Positions 34,377 to 47,636 of a stretch of DNA of 64,000 nucleotides are shown here, in pieces. The stretch spans positions 49,788,001-49,852,000 of the forward strand of contig OZ076413.1 in the NCBI GenBank assembly GCA_964187785.1. Reading direction: 5' to 3'. The stretch is from Amphiscolops sp. MND2022 (Eukaryota). The notes beneath the pieces were generated by a model. That model was not told the DNA's origin. It saw only the letters and a program-made list of their open reading frames with translations, and did no database searches. A program made the position numbers and the translations under genes. The first letter of the stretch is position 1. Each line of letters opens with the position of its first letter.

Positions 34377-34645
34377 ATTTTCGAAGTTTTTGGTGATGCA
34401 GTTTTTGAAGTGTTTTGAGTGCTAAAGCTCCGTGGCTTGCCTGAAAACGATTTGTTATTACATTTATTTTCTGTGAGGTTTTAGAGCAGAGTTGTATCAA
34501 AAAGATTTTTCATAAGTATTATCAGTAATTTTTTATGTTTTTCTAAATTAATTTTTAGAAATAATTAATTAATTAATTAATTAAAGCCTCGAAGCTTTAG
34601 AACTCAAAACACTTCAAAAACTGCATCACCAAAAACTTCGAAAAT
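34377..34645. repeat. About 62-bp inverted repeat (34377-34438 versus 34584-34645) next to a (TAAT)n run
   Basis: ATTTTCGAAGTTTTTGGTGATGCAG... and its reverse complement, with 3 mismatches. Confidence 0.85.
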
Positions 34646-35548
34646 TGCCATTAAGGGTTAGAATGAATCTTTCAGGGGTGAAAAGTTCTTTTTGCAACTC
34701 TTTCAATTGCGGGAGGTATTTGTTGAAAGGTGGGTCGTTGTTTTCAGATGCCTCGAGAACAAAGTCTTCTTCTTCCTGCTTGTAGTTCCTGATTATTAGT
34801 ATTTTTCAACGATTGAAAACGTAGTCTAGCGACGTTCGGGGAAGTCATGTCACCATATGATAAGCCGCTTCTAATTTTTTGTGATGATGAAATCGTCTAG
34901 GATTTCATTTCTATCACGTGCTGGAAATACTGGCTCCCTAAATGCTTTAGTGGATTGGAAGTGATCTACACACTCTTATTGATACCACCGTTTTTGTTTG
35001 AAGCTTTTTTTTGTTTCGTTTCAGTTTTGACGAAAATTAGAATTCGTTTTTTAAGCTGTTTTTTTACACTTGACAATTTGCTGTTGTTCTGAATAACTAT
35101 TGTGAGTCATTTTTGAATCGTTGTTGTTGTAATGATTCTATCTCTTTTTTCTAAGTTTCTTCAAGAAACAACTTTTTCAACCTCTCCAGAAACAATATCT
35201 TCAGTTTTATAACATTTTGAAAAAGTCGTTTTTGAGGAGCTATTCTCATTTTTTAGTGATGGTGAAACTTAGAGAACACTGTTTGCGTTGATGCAAAGAT
35301 TTTGAATTTAGATGCGTTATTTCGGAGAAAACGGGCCATTTTTAAATAGGGACCGTTTTCAGTTAGCGCGTTTCGTAAGAGTATCGCACAACAAATTAAG
35401 TAATCACTAGCGAACCAAAACGATTTGAAATTTGTTTGACTTATGATCGTATGGGGAAGACAAATATTCTTCTGCAAAACCCAAATCCTGAAACTTTTGG
35501 TACTCATTTGAAAAAAAGAATCGGGCCAGTTGTGTATCCCGTACACTG

Positions 35549-35953
35549 TTTTTAGTTGGCGCATTTAATAGAAAAAATGTGCCCGACTAGTTTTTATTCG
35601 CCAGCCCACTATATGTATGCGAGGCTTCCACTTTTTTAACAGAGTTTGTTTACAGCGCCAGTAGTTAGGATTTAGTTAGGCACTAAATATTCTTTTTTGC
35701 AAACCTTAACGTGTCAAAAGGTCCCTTTGGGTTTTTCTGCACTGTGCGACTTTTCCGAAAAGTTTCTGTTCATCAATTTGGTATTTTTTTCATCTAAAAA
35801 TGAATTTTTCGAGGCTGCAGGGTGCCCCTTCGAATATTTTTTGCCACTCTGAAAGTAATGAAATTCATCTAAAGCAACCCAAAGCCTTTCTATGAGACTC
35901 GGCGCTTTTTGAGCTTCAAGCAAGGCGCTGACTTTAGACGATTCCGTCTTGCT
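35549..35953 (+). mobile_element. Helentron-like (HINE) element, family 1
   Basis: 5' TTTTTAGTTGGCGC; 3' GCGCTGACT then hairpin AGACGATTCCGTCT and TG. Confidence 0.6.
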
Positions 35954-36289
35954 CAATAATCCTTTGTAAGCTTGAAAGTTTTTTCTTGCCAAAGTCTGAC
36001 CCGATCGTCAATTAGAGGCTGAGCCATCATCTGTTTTTACCAATCTAACTCAAATTTTATGATTTACGTTATTTTTAAGGTTGAAAGAAGTGAATGATTA
36101 GGAGTGAACTATCAGTATAGTCAAGTGCTGAAAGTTGCCAATTGTGACGTGACCTGGTAATTTAGCAGCCCATTATCTAGTTTCACCTATCTATTTGAAA
36201 CATGAGTTTTACCTATTTTTTTCTCAATTTGAAAGCAGGTGAGTAGTGTTGCCTATCAATCTGGGCAACAAACGGACGGCGTTTACCTG

Positions 36290-37038
36290 ATGAAAATAAC
36301 CATCACCAAACTGTTGCCTGTGGTGGTACTTCTGCTTCGAACAGATTGCTCTCCCCATCGGGTGGATCGCTACCGGCGAATTATTGATGGCTACACTCCA
36401 AAGGTATCAGAAGGTCATGATGGGGCCAACTATTACGGCCTCGTTTATTGGGAATACGAACTGTTCCCTCCAGGATACCAGAACTTTCAAAAAAGCCTAT
36501 GTGGAGCGGTTGTCATCGACAAAAACCACTTCTTGTCTGCAGCACATTGCATATACCAGTATCATCATTATGTGAAGGCTTTGCAGAAGGAAAACACCAT
36601 CAACTCCCTTTTCGGCGCGCGGAAATTCGAAGCGAAGGTGTACTTTGGAAATTTTACCCAAAGTCTGGGCGAATTCGACAAAGGCGGGTTCTCGGAAAAA
36701 CTAGATTCCTATGCCATCAACATCGAAGACATAGACGTTCATGAAGACTATGTAAACAATAACACGCATTTCCTCAATGACATCGCTGTGATCAAAATCG
36801 ACGGGTCTTTCGACCCAGAGAGGATCCTGCGAATGTGCAACTCGGCTGATAAGAAAGAGTCCACAATGCTTATCGCGAGTGGAACTGGTCTAACCCAAAG
36901 TGGAATCCCAACGACGGAATTGAAATCGGTCGAAGTTGAAGAGACAGATGGAAACTTTTGCGACGGCTCAGACCCCCTGAGAACCGATCCTGGCTCCTAC
37001 ATATGTACTAAAGGTGAACTACTTTGCTTTCCGTCCAG
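36290..37038 (+). CDS. Secreted S1 (chymotrypsin-like) serine protease, exon 1
   Basis: Signal-like MKITITKLLPVVVLLL, activation site RR|IIDG, CGAVVI, LSAAHC (His), NDIAVIK (Asp). The exon end is either 37038 (AG|GCAAGT) or 37013 (AG|GTGAAC). Confidence 0.85.
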
Positions 37039-37202
37039 GCAAGTTATCGAACAACAAAAATTAATAAATGCTTAAGTAGTTTCGTCAAAGAATCAAAAAA
37101 TTAGCCTGAATCTAGTCTGAATAACGCTCTAACAAGCTAGCAAAAACGTTCCTTCATAAAAGTTGAATTAAAAAGTTCAATTGACAAAAAATCCCAGAAG
37201 CA

Positions 37203-38372
37203 CAGTGAATTGTACACGATACACGACACGATACAAGATTTTTTGTTTTAATACAAAAACCTACACGTTACACGGTTTTTAGAAATATACACGAAAAATA
37301 CGCAAAATTAAAATGAGCCCGTGAATTCGGGACGCAGAAAATGTGCCAGTAGTGTTCAGAAAATTGATCCTAGAAATTTTAGCCATCCATGACATTCCAT
37401 GGATATCTTAGTAGGATCTTGTCAAGATCTTGCCATGGTATTCATTTTGCCATGGTAAGATCTTATCAAGAGAGCCATGTTCCCAGGAAAAATCGTAGTG
37501 TGAAATCCTATTTGGCCAGAAGGAATCTGAAATGAAGTCAACATCTATGCAGATTTACATTGTTAGACATGACAATTTTCTGTTAGCAAGGTATAAAATT
37601 TGATTTAAGAGTCCTTATGTTGTTGATTTAGACTGTTCTATCAATTGCAAAACCGTCGCCAACAACGGTGTCAGAAAAGCCTCGAAATGAATCATTACCC
37701 AAAACAGGGCAATGACCGCCGTTTCCAGCAGTAATAGGGCTGCCCAAACAGGCTCAAGGAAAGCTGGAGATTTGAATGTATAAAAATTGCCGGATTTCTA
37801 ATTGTTGCCTGTGTAACTTTCCGATAGTGGCTCTGGTTGTTTGAGAGCAATTTTCTCTGTCTCTGCAATCGACAGGAGTGATAAGTTAGAAGTTTTGAAA
37901 AGCCCTCGAAATGATCTTTGATTTGGTACATTCGCATTTCTCAGTCTTAAACAGGTGATGAGTTATTAGGATTTTTGTCGGAATTTCGGCAGCCAGAATA
38001 CGTTATCGTAATTGTTCGCACATTTTGCATGCGACTTTGTTTCAGCAGGTTTTGATCAGCATTTTGATTATGAAAACGAGTAAAAATAGTCGTTGTTGGG
38101 TGAAATGAGCCTTTAGATTGAGTCTCGGTTGTTTGTACCGAAGAAATAGTGTTTTTATAATCCTAGAATTTTGTCCATCGTTATAAGATACGAACTTGGA
38201 ATAATGTATCATCTTAGTAAGATCTTAATGAGAATCTTGCCATGGGATCCATGGTTGCCAAGAAGTAATAAGAATTTGGCAAGATCTTTGCAATGCACGA
38301 ATACACGTAACGGTGTTTGCAAATACACGAAATACACGATACACGAAAAACTCGATGTACTACAATTCACTG
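37203..38372. mobile_element. Non-autonomous hAT-type element with a nested AAGATCTTG MITE
   Basis: TIR CAGTGAATTGTA / TACAATTCACTG. 8-bp TSD CAGAAGCA (37195-37202) versus CAGAAACA here, and a perfect CAGAAGCA in the duplicated copy at 40842-40849. Confidence 0.8.
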
Positions 38373-41183
38373 CAGAAACAAATCTCAGATTTAGATCAAA
38401 TTTACACGGTGATTTTTTGGTTTGAATTCAAATAAAATTCATAAACACTTAGCACGACGAAGAACAACAGTGAAAATCAACAAAAACATTCATAACTGGT
38501 CTTTACGAAAATATCAAACACCAGTTACCATGCAGATTTTGGAAAAAAACACAGGTTATCTAAGTAGAAACCGATTGATTGGATGGACAGGTGATAAAAA
38601 AATCCACTCTTAAACATTTGAAATTCCAAAATTACCCCTCATTGAATCAAGAAGCACTTAGGTTTTTTTGGGGACACAATAAAGCCTAAAAGTATTCAAG
38701 AGAAAGGTTTGAAAGATAGCAAACCCGAAAAACTCTGAATACACAAAATGTTAAAAGGGACATAATCGACAAAAGTAATTTCGACATCCGAAAAACATTT
38801 AACTTCAGAAAATTTTGGAATGATTCTGGCTTCTGTTCCAATGTACTTGTAACAAAGAAAAACAGGCCAAGCTGCATGACATTGAAAACTTAGGAGACAG
38901 AAAGAAAATGCACGCAACCACTCACCTGGTAGAGAAATTAACTCACCAAACCGGCAAAAATATATTTACACGATTCTTCTTTACACGGTCGCAACATGAT
39001 CAACCGCTGCAATAGGAGACAAACTCAAGTTAAAACAAGAACCACGTTAAGAATTTTAAAAAAGATGTTTCCTCTGATTTCACCCGGAGTATAAGTTCTC
39101 AATCGTTTACTGAAATGCAACGAAAGGATATTCATTTCCCAAAAAAAGGATCACGCATATTACAGACAACTTGGGCGACCGCAGCAAAACGATAGGGCAA
39201 AACATCCAGACAGTGAAAGAGAGAGTGGTATTCGATCAGCAGATTTTGAAAAAAGCCATACTTCCAATGGCATCGAATAAAGGAATGTCATAAAAACAGA
39301 AAGTATACGACTAATTACCGTTGGACTGGTAATATCAAAAAGAAGAGCCCTTATCTGAGGTTACCAAATTCGGTGGTGTACAGTAAGTATTCCACAGGAA
39401 ATTTTGTAAAGTTTTAATCACATACCCCGTTGAAAGTCCTGAAAAATGAATGTTGGGGAAATGTTAGGTTCGATTCAAAAATCGAAAACTTAGACATTCT
39501 TAGACAAAGACGTTCCAGACGCTTCTAAGGTAGATATTTTAGTACTTTCCAGTTTTGTCTTAAGACTTTTGGGCTGTTTAAGTAATTTCTGTGTCGTTGA
39601 TTTCTAAGTAACAAGTTTTGTTTCATTCAAAAATTTGACCACAGTGTTATCTGAAAGAGATGCGGTTGAGATCTCAATCTGCTCTATACTATTCGTGTGG
39701 AAGAAAAAACGAAATGTTTTCAAAAATTAAGCAAACTGAAGAGAACTGAAGGTTTGCAAAAGACTTTTGGGGTATCGAAGTCCATAGTTCAAAACTAGAC
39801 ATGCGAATGTATCAGCAGTGAGGTAAAAATGCTTGGAGCCATTCAAAATTTATTACACTTCACAGAATCAGCAGCAGAATACTAGTTAGAGTAATGAAAT
39901 TGATTATTTGAACAAGTTGAACTTTAGGATCCTATCAAGAGAGCCATGTTCCCAGGAAAAATCGTAGTGTGAAATCCTATTTGGCCAGAAGGAATCTGAA
40001 ATGAAGTTAACATCTATGCAGATTTACCTTGTTAGACATGACAATTTTCTGTTAGCAAGGTATAAAATTTGATTTAAGATTCCTTATGTTGTTGATTTAG
40101 ACTGTTCTATCAATTGCAAAACCGTCGCCAACAACGGTGTCAGAAAAGCCTCGAACAGAATCATTACCCAAAACAGGGCAATGGCCGCCGTTTCCAGCAG
40201 TAATAGGGATGCTCAAACAGGCTCAAGGAAAGCTGGAGATTTGAATGTACAAAAATTGCCGGATTTCTAATTGTTGCCTGTGTAACTTTCCGATAGTGGC
40301 TCTGGATGTTTGAGAGCATTTTTCTCTGTCTCTGCAATCGACAGGAGTGATAAGTTACAAGTTTTGAAAAGCCCTCGAAATGATCTTCGATTTGGTACAT
40401 TTGCATTTCTCAGTCTTAAACAGGTGATGAGGTATTAGGATTTTTGTCGGAATTTCGGCAGCCAGAATACGTTATCGTAATTGTTCGCAGATTTTGCATG
40501 CGACTTTGTTTCAGCAGGTTTTGATCAACATTTTGATTATGAAAACGAGTAAAAATAGTCGTTGTTGGGTGAAATGAGCATTTAGATTGAGTCTCGGTTG
40601 CTTGTACCGAAGAAATAGTGTTTTTATAATCTTAGAATTTTGTCCATCGTAATAAGATACGATCTTGGAATATTGTATCATCTTAGTAAGATCTTAATGA
40701 GAATCTTGCCATGGGATCCATGGTTGCCAAGAAGTAGTAAGAATTTGGCAAGATCTTTGCAATGCGCGAATACACGTAACGGTGTTTGCAAATACACGAA
40801 ATACACGATACAAGAAAAACTCGACGTACTACAATTCACTGCAGAAGCAAAACTCAGATTCAGATCAAATTTACACGGTGATTTTTTGGCTTGAATTCAA
40901 ATAAAATTCATAAACACTTAGCACGACGAAGAACCACAGTGAAAATCAACAAAAACATTCATAACTGGTCTTTACGAAAATATCAAACACCAGTTACCAT
41001 GCAGATTTTGGAAAAAAACACAGTTTATCTAAGAAGAAACCGATTGATTGGATGGACAGGTGATAAAAAAATCCCCTCTTAAACATTTGAAATTCCAAAA
41101 ATACCCCTCATTGAATCAAGAAGCACTTAGGTTCTTTTGGGGACACAATAAAGCCTAAAAGTATTCAAGAGAAAGGTTTAAAA

Positions 41184-41750
41184 GGATTACCAGAAAACTC
41201 AACACAAGAAAACTCAACACAAGAAAACTCAACACAGAAAACTCAACACACGAAAACTCAACTCATTTTAAGCATTTAATAATCGTGATATATGTTATAC
41301 ATATATATTCCTTGTTCGTACTGCTCATAATTTATACATTCGACACAATTTTCCTAAAGTATTTGTATTTGCGTTTAAACTTTTTCTATCGTTTTGTTTC
41401 ATGGTTTGGGACAATGTAAACAACGTTTCAACGTGTGAAACAGTTTAATATAGGAAAAAGTCGCAATCATGATTAGGTGTAAAGGAAATTATACGTCTTT
41501 ATATGTCTTTGAAATGAGTCGCAATTGTTACTAAGTGTAAACGAAAATAATACGGAGTTTAACAATTAGTCAGATTTCGGAAAATAAACTCAATTGAGGT
41601 GTTAACTAAAATTAATTAAATGTGCTGAAATGTGTTCAGATTTTGTGTTGAGTTTTCTGTGTTGAGTTTTCTTGTGTTGAGTTTTCTGTTTTTTACTTTG
41701 TGTTGAGTTTTCTTGTGTTGAGTTTTCATGTGTTGAGTTTTCCGTACCCC
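41184..41750. mobile_element. MITE with AAAACTCAACAC subterminal arrays
   Basis: Absent from copy 1 (empty site near 38710). Ends GGATTACCAGAAAACTCAACAC / GTGTTGAGTTTTCCGTACCCC; TSD TTTAAAA(G), 7-8 bp. Confidence 0.85.
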
Positions 41751-41902
41751 TTTAAAAGATAGCAAACCCGAAAAACTCTGAATACACAAAATGTTAAAAG
41801 GGACATAATCGACAAAAGTAATTTCGACATCCGAACAGCATTTAACTTCAGAAAATTTTGGAATGATTCTGGCTTCTGTTCCAATGTACTTGTAACAAAG
41901 AA

Positions 41903-42524
41903 CAAGACGGGAACGTCTAAAGTCGGCGCTATATCTAAGGCTCAAAAAGCTCAGAGTTTTCTAAATATGCCCAGGATGTATTCTTGAAAAGCTTTGAAAA
42001 CACTTTCCAGACACCCAAAGTGTGCCTTTCATGCTCGATATGACTGGAAAATCACTTTTCTCGACTGGAAACAAAAAAATTTTTGAAAATTTTTTTGAAT
42101 TTTTTTTTTGAAAAAAATTTTTGAAAAAAACTTCGAAAACGTCGCATAGTGCCGAAAATTGAAAAGGGGGGACCCTTTGGGATTCATTAACATATTTTCT
42201 GTTGCAAAATATCAAAAAATCCGAAGGGGGGACTCTTTTGAAAAATTGAAAATTTTCGAAAAAAAAATTCGCACAGTGCCGAAAAAAAATTGAAAGGGGG
42301 GACCCTTTGGAGTCTTCCGGTTTTGTAGGTTACGTAAAAAAGGTAAAAAACGAAAGGGGGGACCCTTTGCAGTAAGTTTGCATTGGTCGAACTGGCCTGA
42401 GTGAACTTATCAGTTTCTGTAAAAAGTGGTACATACGCGATGAGCTCTGTGGTCTGACGAAAAAAAAAAAACTAGCCACTGTAATAGTCGGGCTTTTTTC
42501 CTTAAAGGAAAATGCGCCGACTAA
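41903..42524 (-). mobile_element. Helentron-like (HINE) element, family 1
   Basis: Absent from copy 1 (empty site in an A-run near 38860). Sub-terminal IRs AGTCGGCGC / GCGCCGACT, 3' hairpin AGACGTTCCCGTCT, no clear TSD. Confidence 0.8.
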
Positions 42525-44769
42525 AAACAGGCCAAGCTGCATGACATCGAAAACTTAGGAGACAGAAAGAAATTGCCCGCAACCACTCGCCTGGTAGAGA
42601 AATTAACTCACCAAACCGGGAAAAATATATTTACACGATTCTTCTTTACACGGCCGCAACATGATCAACCGCTTCAATAGGAGACAAACTCAAGTTAAAA
42701 ACAAGAACCACGTTAAGAATTTAAAAAAGATGTTTCCTCTGATTTCACCCGGAGTATAAGTTCTCAATAGTCTACTGAAAAGCAACGAAAGGATATTCAT
42801 TTCCAAAAAAAAGGATCACGCATATTACAGACAACTTGGGCGACCGGAGCAAAACGATAGGGCAAAACATCCAGACAGTGGAAGAGAGAGTGGTATTCGA
42901 TCAGCAGATTTTGAAAAAAGCCATACTTCCAATGGCATCGAATAAAGGAATGTCATAAAAACAGAAAGTATACGTCTAATTACCGTTGGGCTGGTAATAT
43001 CAAAAAGAAGAGCTCTTATCTGAGGTTACCAAATTCGGTGGTGTACAGTAAGTATTCCACGGGAAATTTTGAAAAGTTTTAATCACATACGCCGTTGAAA
43101 GTCCTGACAAAATGAATGTTTGGGAAATGTTAGGCTCGATTCAAAAATCGAAAACTTAGACATTCTTAGACAAAGCACGTTCCAGACGCTTCTAAGGTAG
43201 ATATTTTAGTACTTTCCAGTTTTGTCTTAAGACTTTTGGGCTGTTTAAATAATTTCTGTGTCGTTGATTTCTAAGTAACAAGTTTTGTTTCATTCAAAAA
43301 TTTGATCACAGTGTTATCTGAAAGAGATGCGGTTGAGATCTCAATCTGCTCTATACTATTCGTGTGGAAGAAAAAACGAAATGTTTTCGAAGATTTAGCA
43401 AACTGAAGAGAACTGAAGGTTTGCAAAGACTTTTGGGGTATCGAAGTCCATAGTTCAAAACTAGACATGCGAATGTATCAGCAGTGAGCTAAAAATGCTT
43501 GGAGCCATTTAAAATTAAATACACGTCACAGAATCAGTAGCAGAAAACTAGTTAGAGTAATGAAATTGATTATTGGAGCAAGTTGAACTTTAGGATCTTT
43601 TAAGTAATCTTTTAAGTTAAAAGTGAGCATTTTTTGAGATTTTTTACAGAACAAAGGCGTGATAAAATAAAGGCTCAAAAAAATATGGACAAGAAACTCA
43701 ATTGACCTAAAAACTCGGATTTCTTTTTCTGATCATTGTCTGTCCTAAAATATATGATCAAAAAGGCCTCTGCACGGCTCAGTAATATTTCTGCATTAGG
43801 CTACAATCGCCATTGACTTCGATGTTCAATAATGAAAACACATCTGAATATAACTATACATGTACACTTCTGTTAAATCATCATATAAACGGGTCGATAG
43901 AAGTCTGGGGAAAATATAACAATTACGGCTTCTAAAACATTTCAGCTCACGCTAAATATTAACAAGATTGATCATAGAATGTCATAAATCTGTATGGTTA
44001 CATGCTGATCATAGTCTAAGTCGAATATGGTTCAGTCTATGGTCCGTATGGATGATGTCCATTAATGATGCATTAGCATAACCAAGTCAAATATAATCGT
44101 TGCAAAGCTGACAACAATTTCAGAGTATTCTTAACAAATGTACCCATTTTCATTTTTTGGCAATTATATGCTGATTTATCAATACATGGTTTCAAATTAC
44201 ACAAGAATCTTTCTTTGCAAATGGCACTCCAATAAAAATGTTGATACTTAAAGAAAGGTTGGCTGAACCGTTCTTGAACAAGTATACAGGTTACGTCTTC
44301 AACTCTGCCTAGTATTCGACGGAGTTTTGACCGATGATGTTCTTTTGAATACATTACGTTTGAAAAATTTTTGCTGATAGAGCAGGCAACTTTTTCACTG
44401 AAAGTAGTTGGATAACACTCATGGGCCATTTATGATTTCAGGTTGACCATTTTCTGGACCTTTATGGTCCCATGCTGATCATTTTACGGGCCATAATGGT
44501 TGATGATTCCAAAGCTGACTAATGTCTGGAACATATATGATTCCTGCTTGATCATAGTAAGATCATAGATAAATTGTATGAGTCGAATCGTGTCATAGAA
44601 TGTCCCGACTATGATCAGGCTGGTCGGGAAACCCGTTAATGCTTTGAGGTAAACCATAATTTTGTGGTAAACCGAATGCAATACACAGTCTAACTTCTAA
44701 TAGGGAATTGTTTTGCTTTGGAGTGTTAACCAGAGGAGTGAATGTTAAATGGCCTTTTTGCACTGACAG

Positions 44770-45037
44770 CAACAAATTGACGGGAAAGCAAAAAAATATG
44801 GAAGGCCCTTCTGCCTGCGGCGGCGATTCTGGTGGACCGTTGGCTTTAGCTGACCCGAAAACCAAACAACATATTTGTCTCTATGGCGTAACGAGTCATC
44901 TGGTCAAGACAAAATCTGACTTCAAAAGTCCCAAAACTCTGCTGGCTGAATGCTTGACTGCGAAAGGCGTGAGATACTCAAATGTTGCACACTACGAAAA
45001 ATGGGTTATGAAGCACCTTGGTAACGACAAGCAGTGA
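44770..45037 (+). CDS. S1 serine protease, terminal exon
   Basis: SACGGDSGGPL (catalytic Ser; Ser at the S1 position 189, so chymotrypsin-like), CLYGVTS, YSNVAHYEKWV, then stop. The acceptor could be at 44770, 44734 or 44704 (all phase 2). Confidence 0.85.
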
Positions 45038-46043
45038 AAAGTTTCGGCAATCAACAACTGAAAGTATATTCATCATCAATTCAATAGCGAAACTTAATTA
45101 TCTGTTTTCCCTTTAATTCCTCATCGCTCTGGTTGAAACTGCTTGAACTTTTTACAAGTTTTTTTTGGATTGCCAGGATAATTTATCATGTTTTCTAAAG
45201 AAATCTCAAGGAAACTTCCATGCATTGAAATTCCACTGATTAATTCAATTTTATCAAGCTGCCTATATGATGCATCCAAAATTTGACGGCAATTCGGAGC
45301 CACGAAGATTTTGCAGGTTTCATCAGGAAGCAATTTTAATTTTAAAAGGAGCCGAGATCTCATTTATTTCACCGGCTTTTCAATGCAAATAAATTTCAGT
45401 CACATTCTAAGTTTCAAAATAACGTTATATTCAGCACGCAATTTGACTAACGGTGAGTACATAAGTAAGTTACTTGAGAAACGTAAGCGTGAAAACAAAG
45501 TAATCGAGACGATGAAAAAGTGGAATTTTTTCAGCTTTAATCGAAACAGTTAAAGCTGAATTGTAACCCTACAAATTTTTTTCAACAAACAGACTCACGG
45601 TTTTATCCATGTTTTGTAAAAAAAAAACCTTGCATGCATGGAAACAGCATGAAAAATTACCAGACAGACTCGACTAGGGCGATGTCTATTCAAATGGAAC
45701 AATAAACAAAGCAAATATAACAACATTGGAGAGAAAAACAATACTTTTCCCTAGTCAAATTGAATTTTTACCCTAAAACTAAAACCCTAGCATTTAACAA
45801 ATAATGTTAAATAATTCCTATTAAAGTAATTGCAAGTTTTTCTTCGGATTCTTTTATTAACGCAATGTTTGACAAAGTTATTATTTTCCGACCCAAACGA
45901 GCAATCCTTCTTCCAAACGAGCTTCCAATGCTTCCAAACGAGCAATCCTTGAGCTGATCTACAAACATACCGAAAGTTTTGACCCACAGAAACGAATAAA
46001 TTTACGATTTAGAAATGGCAGTGGCAGTCTCTCAGTGAAAACT

Positions 46044-46754
46044 AACAAGCCGGGACCGGCCCAAGTCGGCGCCATAGCCAATGCTCAAAAATAGCAAAAA
46101 GACTTCCAAGTGTCAAGTATTCTCCTGGCGCGCTGAAAGGGGGACACTTCCGAAATTGTCAACATTTTTGTCTCAGTTGAAGGGGGATCCCTTTGGAGAA
46201 AAAAAACAAATTTTCGAATAAAAGTCTCAATGCCGAAAAACTGAAAGGGGGGACCCTTTGTGGTTTTTAAACACCCAATCTGTTGTAAAACATCAAAAAA
46301 ATTGAAGGGGGACCCTTTGGAGAGAAAAAAAGTAGAAAAAAGTCTCACAATGCCGAAAAACTGAAAGGGGGGACCCTTTGGGGTTTTTCAACATCCATTC
46401 TGTCGCAAAACATCAAAAAATTGAAGGGGGGAAATTTTTATTTTCGGAAAAAAATCTCACAGTGCCGAAAAAAAACTGAAAGGGGGGACCCTTTGGGTTT
46501 TTCCAACATCCATTCTGTCGCAAAACAGCAAAAAAATTGAAGGGGGAAAAATTTACGGAAAAAAGTTTCGCAGTGCCGAAAAAAAATTGGAAGGTGCCGA
46601 AAAAAAATTGAATTCGCTAGACCAAATAGTGCAATTTGGTGCAATAATATTTTGTAGAACTTTTAAGAACTATTTTGGTCAGTTCGTGTGGATTGTTGAA
46701 AAAAAAGAAAAGCCACTATAATAGTCGCGTTTCACTTCATGGAGCGCCGACTAA
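46044..46754 (-). mobile_element. Helentron-like (HINE) element with internal AAGGGGGGACCCTTTG repeats
   Basis: AACAAGCCGGGACCGGC hairpin, AGTCGGCGC ... GCGCCGACTAAAA. Confidence 0.75.
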
Positions 46755-47636
46755 AAAAGATTTGAAGTTTGGTTTCAGATGGAGCTATTGCGAAAAAGAA
46801 CGCTTTAGATCACAGCAAAATTTGTTATAGTAATCAAAAAAGGTAATCCAGGTCGGAAAATATTTAACCTACCTAACGTAAATTGTAATCTAAGTTGGTA
46901 AGTAAGAGTTGTGAGTGAAAACCACTGTCAGTAATTATTATGCCTAGAAAATATTTCAATATAGCAGCAACAACAACAACAAAATCGCGATAATTTTGCG
47001 GAAAACAGCCGTTAGCAAAATTGTTAAGAAAAACTTTTAGGCAGAATTCAGAACTCAAAAATTGAAATTTATGAGGATGAAGCAATTGAGAAGAAAGCAC
47101 CAAATTTCTGTGAATTCCGTCAATTATTGGTTGTGATCCCACAGTAAAATCAGCGTTTATCCATTTTTCTGACCTGTAATTGAAATATTATGTGTAACTT
47201 TTGGTTACTCGTCAAGTAATTTATGATTTTGTAAGATTTTGCAAAGTCTCCACGTCTTGAAAAAAAGAAGCATCATTAACGCGGTCTTTGCTCCTAAATC
47301 AAAACAGACAAAGACGATTCGACAAACTCGGCATGTCGCGTGAGAGTTCCGTAATCACTGAATTCAGTTTTTCAGTCAAGCACAACTTTTTATCCTGAAG
47401 AAATGCAATAAAAATTAGGGGTAAAAGTCAGCTTGTTACTTTTAGTGGTTGCTCAATTAAAGGCTAAATCAGTTATAAGCATAAAAGTTTCAAAAGGGGC
47501 TAAGCTAAAATAACCAAAAAGCAGAAAGAGTGAAGAAGGAGTAATAGACACTGTATGTGTGTATAGATGGTGTGTATTGTTAGAGTGTGTTGTCTCGTTT
47601 TAAAAGCCGCCAAAAACTATCATTGATACAACTAAC

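Larger units (their letters stand above)
37459..43597. repeat. Direct tandem duplication in the protease intron: copy 1 at 37459-39931, copy 2 at 39928-43597
   Basis: Offset 2469 bp, junction microhomology GATC. Copy 2 carries two later insertions. Confidence 0.92.

Noticed and set aside
33700..35250. Penelope-like retroelement remnant (INNLITEDIVNTKSEL resembles a GIY-YIG C-terminus)
   Set aside because: Too degenerate; no RT or GIY-YIG core motif could be read.
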